Shown one piece after another: positions 57,559 to 64,000 of a stretch of 64,000 nt of DNA. Below the pieces are notes generated by a model. It was given only the letters and a program-made list of their open reading frames with translations. It made no database searches and was not told where the DNA came from. Position numbers and translations under genes: made by a program. Location of the stretch: assembly GCA_025786725.1 (NCBI GenBank), contig JAHLTZ010000002.1:186001-250000 (forward strand), in the 5' to 3' direction. The stretch's first letter is position 1; each line of letters starts with the position of its first letter. Source of the stretch: Syncephalis fuscata S228 (Eukaryota; Fungi; Zoopagomycota).

Positions 57559-58704
57559 ATGAAATCAATTATTGCTGCCACTGTTACTGCACTCATGCTA
57601 GTATCAATTGCCCAAGTTGCTCCTGTTAATGGCATGCCAGGTTTATCCAAATCTACATCTAAATCCAAGCCTGAACCTGAGCCCATCAGTAAATGTCTAC
57701 TACATATTATCTATGCTATTTGCTAAACTTACTTTTATGTAGAATTTATGGGTTTTGAAAACAACGATCCAAAGAGCCCATTTACCATACATGGTATCCA
57801 TTTTACGAAACCCCCATACAAAGTTGATGGTGTTCACTATATCAAAGGGACGCAGCATAGCCAGCCTATTACACTTGCATGTGGAACATATTCAAGTCCA
57901 AGCAATAATGCTTTTCAAGTATACAAGGCACGTTTTATTTGGCAGTAGATAGGCAAGGACTAACAAGCATTGTCATCCATAGGATTTAATGGCACATTCT
58001 CCATTATTTAAAAGTGATAAGTTTTCGGTTCCTGTACCTAAAGCAGCTTTACATTTCCTGGAAATAGATGCTATATCATACCAGGCCAATGCGCATTGAC
58101 ATATGAAGATTTTCTAAAAAACCGCTCAGATATGGCAAATCTAATTAAATTGTTTTTACATAATATCTATCATTACAATTTTTAATTAATACGATTCAAA
58201 ATTGATATGAAATGGTATCAAATTTATGGCGGAATATTGCATCAATATAAGATTTTATTATTTATACGATATATATTAAACTATTATTAGATCTAGATGC
58301 AATAAAAGAAGCGGAATAGTATGCTCATATAATTTTAAAGGTAGGTATGGTTTTTGTCAATAATGTGTGTATTAATGATATTGCTAGGTATTTGCATCAC
58401 CAAGAATAAAAATAATGAATATATACCACAATCTCTCAACTTTAATAATGCTATTTCAAAAAAAAAATTGTTCAAACATAATACAGTATCGTGAAATTAT
58501 AAATGGTATTACTGTAACGCCGATCTTCAGCTTGCCTCTAAACAAGTAAAAATTGAAATACTGTAGAATTAAAGATGATGAATATGCTGAAAGGAGGAAG
58601 GCTTTATACAGTGATTATTGAGTTTATTTAATCTTTATTCTTTAAAGCCAGATGAATGTTTGAAGAAGGCAGACAAGGTCACTATAAATTTGTTGGAAGA
58701 ATGA
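57559..58704 (+). pseudogene. Decayed secreted-protein gene, copy 2
   Basis: MKSIIAATVTALMLVSIAQVAPVNG signal peptide, an intron, EFMGFENNDPKSPF...FIWQ* and then several stops and frameshifts. Homology to copy 1 spans ~56925-58822 versus ~27485-28850. Confidence 0.75.
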
Positions 58705-60084
58705 CATTAATTCGTACCCCAAGTTGGCTTTCTCAAAAATAGTTTATTAAATAAATTCATGGCATGTTATGCCGCAATTATTATAACTGTGTAATATACT
58801 TTATCCATCATTTATTTGTTTATTAATTACTAATGCTATATGGCTATTTCTTGTAAAATACCATTTAAAATGCTTTAAACAGTAAACAGCAAGTATTATG
58901 TAAACATGATTAAAACAAGGTATATATACATTTTGCTTATTTCAAGCTATCTGACTTTTTTGTTTAGCAATGTATTGTAGTTCTTTGTCTTAATTGATGT
59001 TTAGTCAATACAGAAGGTACAGAATAAAAAGTTTTTTCGCAAAGTTAGACAGGGATGCATTTTGGACAGAAAACATGTCGTTTATTAAATACTGCATTGA
59101 TAAATATTTATAGCAAAGACTAATAATGTGGACGATATATTGACCATGTATGTATGTCTCACGTTTTATAATAAAACTTTTGTAATCTGCAGAACATGAT
59201 TATATTAAGTTAAAGCATGATAGTGAAAACTTGAATTTAAACAAAAGACTAAGTTTAATGCAAATAATGCCATTTTTGCTTCTGTTGGTCGATAGTGTAA
59301 TGCGTTTACATATAACATATTCTGTTCTATACCCACGCGCTTCGGTAGTTGCGCATATCGAAAAATTAAATAAACAAGCTATTGTATTAAGAGTCAATGA
59401 TAAATTTTATTTTAAAACAACAAGTTAACGAAATAACCAACTTACTTCCAATTATTTTTCTTAATAATATAAGCACAATATTTCTAGCCAGTTACGCGAC
59501 CATAACCACCATCATGTTTCTATTGCCCATATTTTACACACTCGTAACAAAAACAAGTAAACATTGTTACACCACTGAATTACAATATTATGCTCACGTG
59601 ATTATCTACCATGCGATTGATCCATGCATGCCATCCATCATGTGATTGAACAACATGCTAACGATAATATGTGAATAGTCACAGCAACAATGTACTAAAA
59701 CCTGGTACTAACAATCCCAAACAACTATTCAAGGACATAACCAGTAAATAACAGGTATTTACTGACATGTGATTAGCTATATGAATAAGGCTCAAGTTCT
59801 ATTGACAACGGTATTTATTATAAAATACTAGCTTTGTTGGAACTATAATAAATCTATATCTTTGGTTCTATATTATTTTTTCTGATTTAGTTACAAGAGT
59901 TATTCAGTTATTAAAAGCTTAGCTGTGGTAATCGATAACTAAAAGAATAATCACTTTGTTTATTTTATAATAGCATCAGGTTCATGCTATATTAAGGTAA
60001 GCGATTATTGTTTGTACATCCTTTAGCCACACTATACATATATTAATTTTTATTATTTATTATTTAAAATTATAGCTTTATAAA

Positions 60085-61488
60085 ATGCGAGCATATTCAA
60101 GTTCTGGTGTTGCAATTGCTTTAACTGCGCTGATTTGCGCAACTGTAGGCTTGAGCATCGATACATCGCAGGAATCACACTACAAGCAACACGATGTTCA
60201 AAAGGCCCAAAAAACTCATGTTTTTAAGCACAAGCTTCCTGAGCAAAGTATAATTAAGCATAATCTTGAACTAGCAAACGGGCGAAAAGACGCTGCAGAA
60301 AGTAAAAAAATTGTGGCTTATTTCTCCGATTGGACAACACGAGACATGCCTGCGTCTTCAATCCCCTTTAACAAATTAACGCATCTAAATTATGGTATGT
60401 CAAAATGACGGTCTAGTAATATAAAATACTAATCTATTGTCTTATTAGCATTTGCCGTTATTGAAGATGGTTCGTATAAACCAGTTATACAGACAGATGA
60501 GCTTTTAAAAGATGTTGTAGCTAAGGCACATGCCAAAGACGTGAAAGTCGCCATTTCCATTGGTGGCTGGACAGCTTCCAAATTCTTCAGTCCAATGTCG
60601 GCTACCGCTCATGGCCGCAAATCCTTTGTTGATGCTACCGTTGATTTTGCCAAACAGTACAATCTGGATGGTATCGATATTGATTGGGAATACCCAGGAC
60701 GATTGGGCATGGCATGCAACATTTTTGATAAAAATAATGATGCCAAAAACTTCTTAACGCTGCTACAAGAGTTGCGCGAAGCTTTGCCAAAGGACAAATA
60801 CATTTCTTTGGCTGTGCGCATCCAACCATTTGATGGCCCAGATGGCCCATTAAAGAACGTTAGTAGGTTTGCTGAACCAGTAGACTTTATCACCGTAATG
60901 GCCTATGACATCAATGTAAGCTGGAATGCAACTACCGGTCCAAATGCACCATTCAAACACTCTACCGCCGGTGGAGCTCCATTCAGTTTTATACAGTCGG
61001 TGAACTCCTGGGTCAATGCAGGCTTCCCCAAGGAAAAGATTCTAATGGGTTTGCCGTTCTATGGTCGAGCAACGCAGGCTCCTGTGGCTGCCAGTTCCAA
61101 AGCACAAACTATGTTTATGCCACGGCTGAAACCGGTACCTAAGGGCGATCGTGATGATGCACCATGGGCCGAGCCTTGTCCAGATGCCCCACAGGTATTG
61201 TCTGGAGTTTGGAAATGGAAGAATTTACGCGAAGAAGGATTGCTTACAAGCCCCAAAACTGCCGGACACGGATGGGAACGTAACTGGGATCATGAAACTA
61301 AAACGCCATGGCTTTTGAACAGGAAAGATGGACACTTTATCAGCTATGACGATCCCGATAGTATCAAGCTAAAGACAGACTTTGTGCGCTGCAATAACAT
61401 GGGTGGTGTAATGGTATGGGCCTTGAATCAGGATAATGGTGAGCTTCTTGATGCCGTCGATGAGGCTATGGACGGTGAACTATGCTGA
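60085..61488 (+). CDS. Secreted GH18 chitinase
   Basis: Signal peptide, KIVAYFSDW, THLNYAFA across one intron, SIGGW, catalytic LDGIDIDWEYP, MAYD, SYDD, MVW. Confidence 0.93.
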
Positions 61489-62663
61489 ACAAAGTTTAAA
61501 TTAAATCCATGGCATTTATCGCAATTAACTTTTTTCCCATCAGGGATTTTTAGCTTTGTAGCTTTTATTATTCAATAATATTATAAATACATAACACTGT
61601 TACTTAAATAATAATAAAGATGCTTTACAATCCAACGTATTTTAACTTGCTATCAGTATTTATATAATTACAGCTTTTGTTATAAATTTGCTAATTTAAG
61701 CTATTGTTATAAGCTAACGCCATTTGATACTAATAATATTTTATTATTATTAAATTGGTATTAAAACGTTTGACTAAGCTACTTCTTCTATTTTTTTCAC
61801 CTCTGGCTACTTGGTCAAGTTACATCATTTATTACTGGTATTGTAACAATGTCATTTTTTATCAACCAAAAGCAGACCAAGTTTGTAATAAGAAATAATA
61901 ACACCTGTTGAGCTAGTACAATTGTTAGTGTGTATTAAATAATGAAATATGTACTTAATGCTTTTACTTGTACATCTTTTAGCTTACACTTGAGAATGCA
62001 GCAACATTATTTACAATTGTCAACAAATCTCGAATCGTCAATTGCAATCCTCAGATCTTTGATATTGGTAAACAGCTTCATCAAATAGTTTGTGACATTG
62101 TGGTAATTTTTTAAAAAAGTATTTTTGGTAAATAACTTATTTTGATTTATAATTTTAAAAATTGTAATTTATTATGGAGATTTATTATTATTATTAAAAT
62201 AAGGCGTTTGCTAATTAAATAAAAAGGAATATTTTGGTAAATTTTCTTTTGTAAATGGTGTTATTGCTGTTAATAAACATGCATTAGATGTATCATATTA
62301 TTCTTGTGTTACAATTAGTGAAAATACACTATCAAAGTGCATATATACATACAAATAACACGCGTATGCTAGAATTAAAGGGAATTTTATGTACGCATAT
62401 ATACCAACTGACCTATAAACACATTGACACGCACTATCGGTCCGGTATCACAGATTCACGCATTGCATCTAACAACAACTGTCTCATGACTCTGTTATCC
62501 ATATTATTTATTGCACATATTGTGATTATTATAATAATCAGCAATAACATAGTATTATTAACAAATAATGCCACAAAAAATAAAGACACATGCTTTGCAT
62601 AGACGGTATTTATTAACCGGCTATAGTCCATTCATTCAATGCATGCTACTCTGTTATGGTTGG

Positions 62664-63861
62664 CTAATTGGTTTCTGATTGAGCTGCCAGATATTCCGTA
62701 TGTCTTTTATGCTGAGCATCCCATTCTTTTTGCAATTTCTTACGACGACTTTTGGCCAGCTCTACGTTTTCTACATCATGCGTGGGAATGCCCTAGTTGA
62801 TGCATGTGTGCATGAGGTGAATTGTAGTTAGAAAGTTGTTATATATAGTACATAGAAACGTATCAGCGGAATTTAGGTCCGAGAGACTGTTTTCATTGGC
62901 GTTGTGTGTGCATCCTACTGATGCGTGTACCTACCTTGTCATCATACAGTGAAAATTGTCCGGCATACTCTCCCGACTTGAACATTTCAGTCGGGTTTAA
63001 CTGACCAAGGGCTAGGCGTTCTAACCGTTTACGCTCTTTTTCCGCGGCTTGAGCTTCCTTCTTTGCTTGTTTTTCTTCTTCGCGCTATATCATTGGTTAG
63101 AATAAAGTGCTATTAATCCTGAATGGCTTACACGGCGCTTCTCATCACGTTCGCGAACTAATTCCTCACGATCTACTAGTTTAACCAGTGCTTTACCGCC
63201 TAGATACACACACACATATACACATATATATATGCATATGTAATAAATTAATATTGTTTAGTAAGCTATAGTATATAGCAATACCTTCGCGGTCATCCAA
63301 CATAACACCTAGCTCTACCAAATCTTCATCTCTTAAGCGATCGCACAATTCAAGTAGCTGCTTGTGGTCTAGTCGTTATCAGTATAAATACAAGGTATTT
63401 CTATCTATCTATCGCTTACCTGCTTTGCCACGAGCCAATTCACGTACTGTATCTCTAAATTGAGAGAGTACTCGCAAATAGGGCATAACCGTATCTTTTA
63501 CCTATATATGTATGTAAATTAAACTGTAATTCTATTCGGCATAATACTTACATTGGCTATAGCGACACCTTCTCCACTCTCTCCATTCGTACCAAATCCA
63601 ATATCGGTACCGTCATTGACCAATCCAAAGATCTAATAGCATATTAATTGGCCATTATTAACTAGCTGCATTGCTACCTACTTTAAACATTTTTGTAATG
63701 TATTGGGCAATATTCTCCAATAGTGGCACATATGGTGATGACTGTGCACTCAAGTAGATATTGGCACGATTAACAAGATCAAGCAATTCACGGACAACAG
63801 TTGGCGTATCAATTGAGTCACATAGAGCATTGTGAATAGCACAGTCTGAGTCGTTTGTAGA
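62664..63861 (-). CDS. Cysteinyl-tRNA synthetase, C-terminal exons (5' part lies beyond the window)
   Basis: IHNALCDSIDTP, FRDTVRELA, LCDRLRDEDLVELGVMLDDR, YDDKGIPTHD...KSRRKKLQKEWDAQ. Confidence 0.85.
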
Positions 63862-64000
63862 CTATATTCGTATTGTTATTATTAGCGACATTAGTAACAA
63901 TACTATCAGCAATTTATTAATATTATTTTCAATACACTAATATTAAACTATTTATCAACTATTTAATGTGATTTGATGTTGAATGACCATTTTTAATAAC

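Overview
Gene-dense, intron-rich eukaryotic DNA, most likely from an early-diverging fungus (Zoopagomycota/Mucoromycota-like; inferred from gene content and short introns). It holds about 24 protein-coding genes, in order: RNF220-like RING ligase (partial), NAP/SET histone chaperone, RIO2, RPC40, Rds2/AcuM Zn-cluster factor, NKAP, a 7TM protein, cytochrome P450 copy A, a Chk2-like FHA kinase, two tandem methyltransferases, VTC1-like, VTC4, cytochrome b5, CCT5, RPA12, P450 copy B, a secreted alpha/beta hydrolase, BORCS8, a giant GHKL-ATPase/CUE/HEXXH protein, PEX39-like, ThrRS, a GH18 chitinase and CysRS (partial). There are also two decayed copies of a secreted-protein gene. Highlights: (1) two parts of a minor (U12-type) spliceosome system, namely an expanded ~200-nt U11 snRNA gene at 29199-29400 and an AT-AC intron (465-545) that must be spliced for the RNF220-like gene to be read; (2) a ~25-kb block bracketed by ~1.1-kb near-identical inverted repeats that form the 5' ends of two P450 paralogues, with a foldback element at one end; (3) an uncharacterised ATPase + ubiquitin-binding + Wss1-like protease architecture. 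Many single-base homopolymer indels suggest long-read consensus errors. Exon boundaries and identities were read by eye; no database searches were run.
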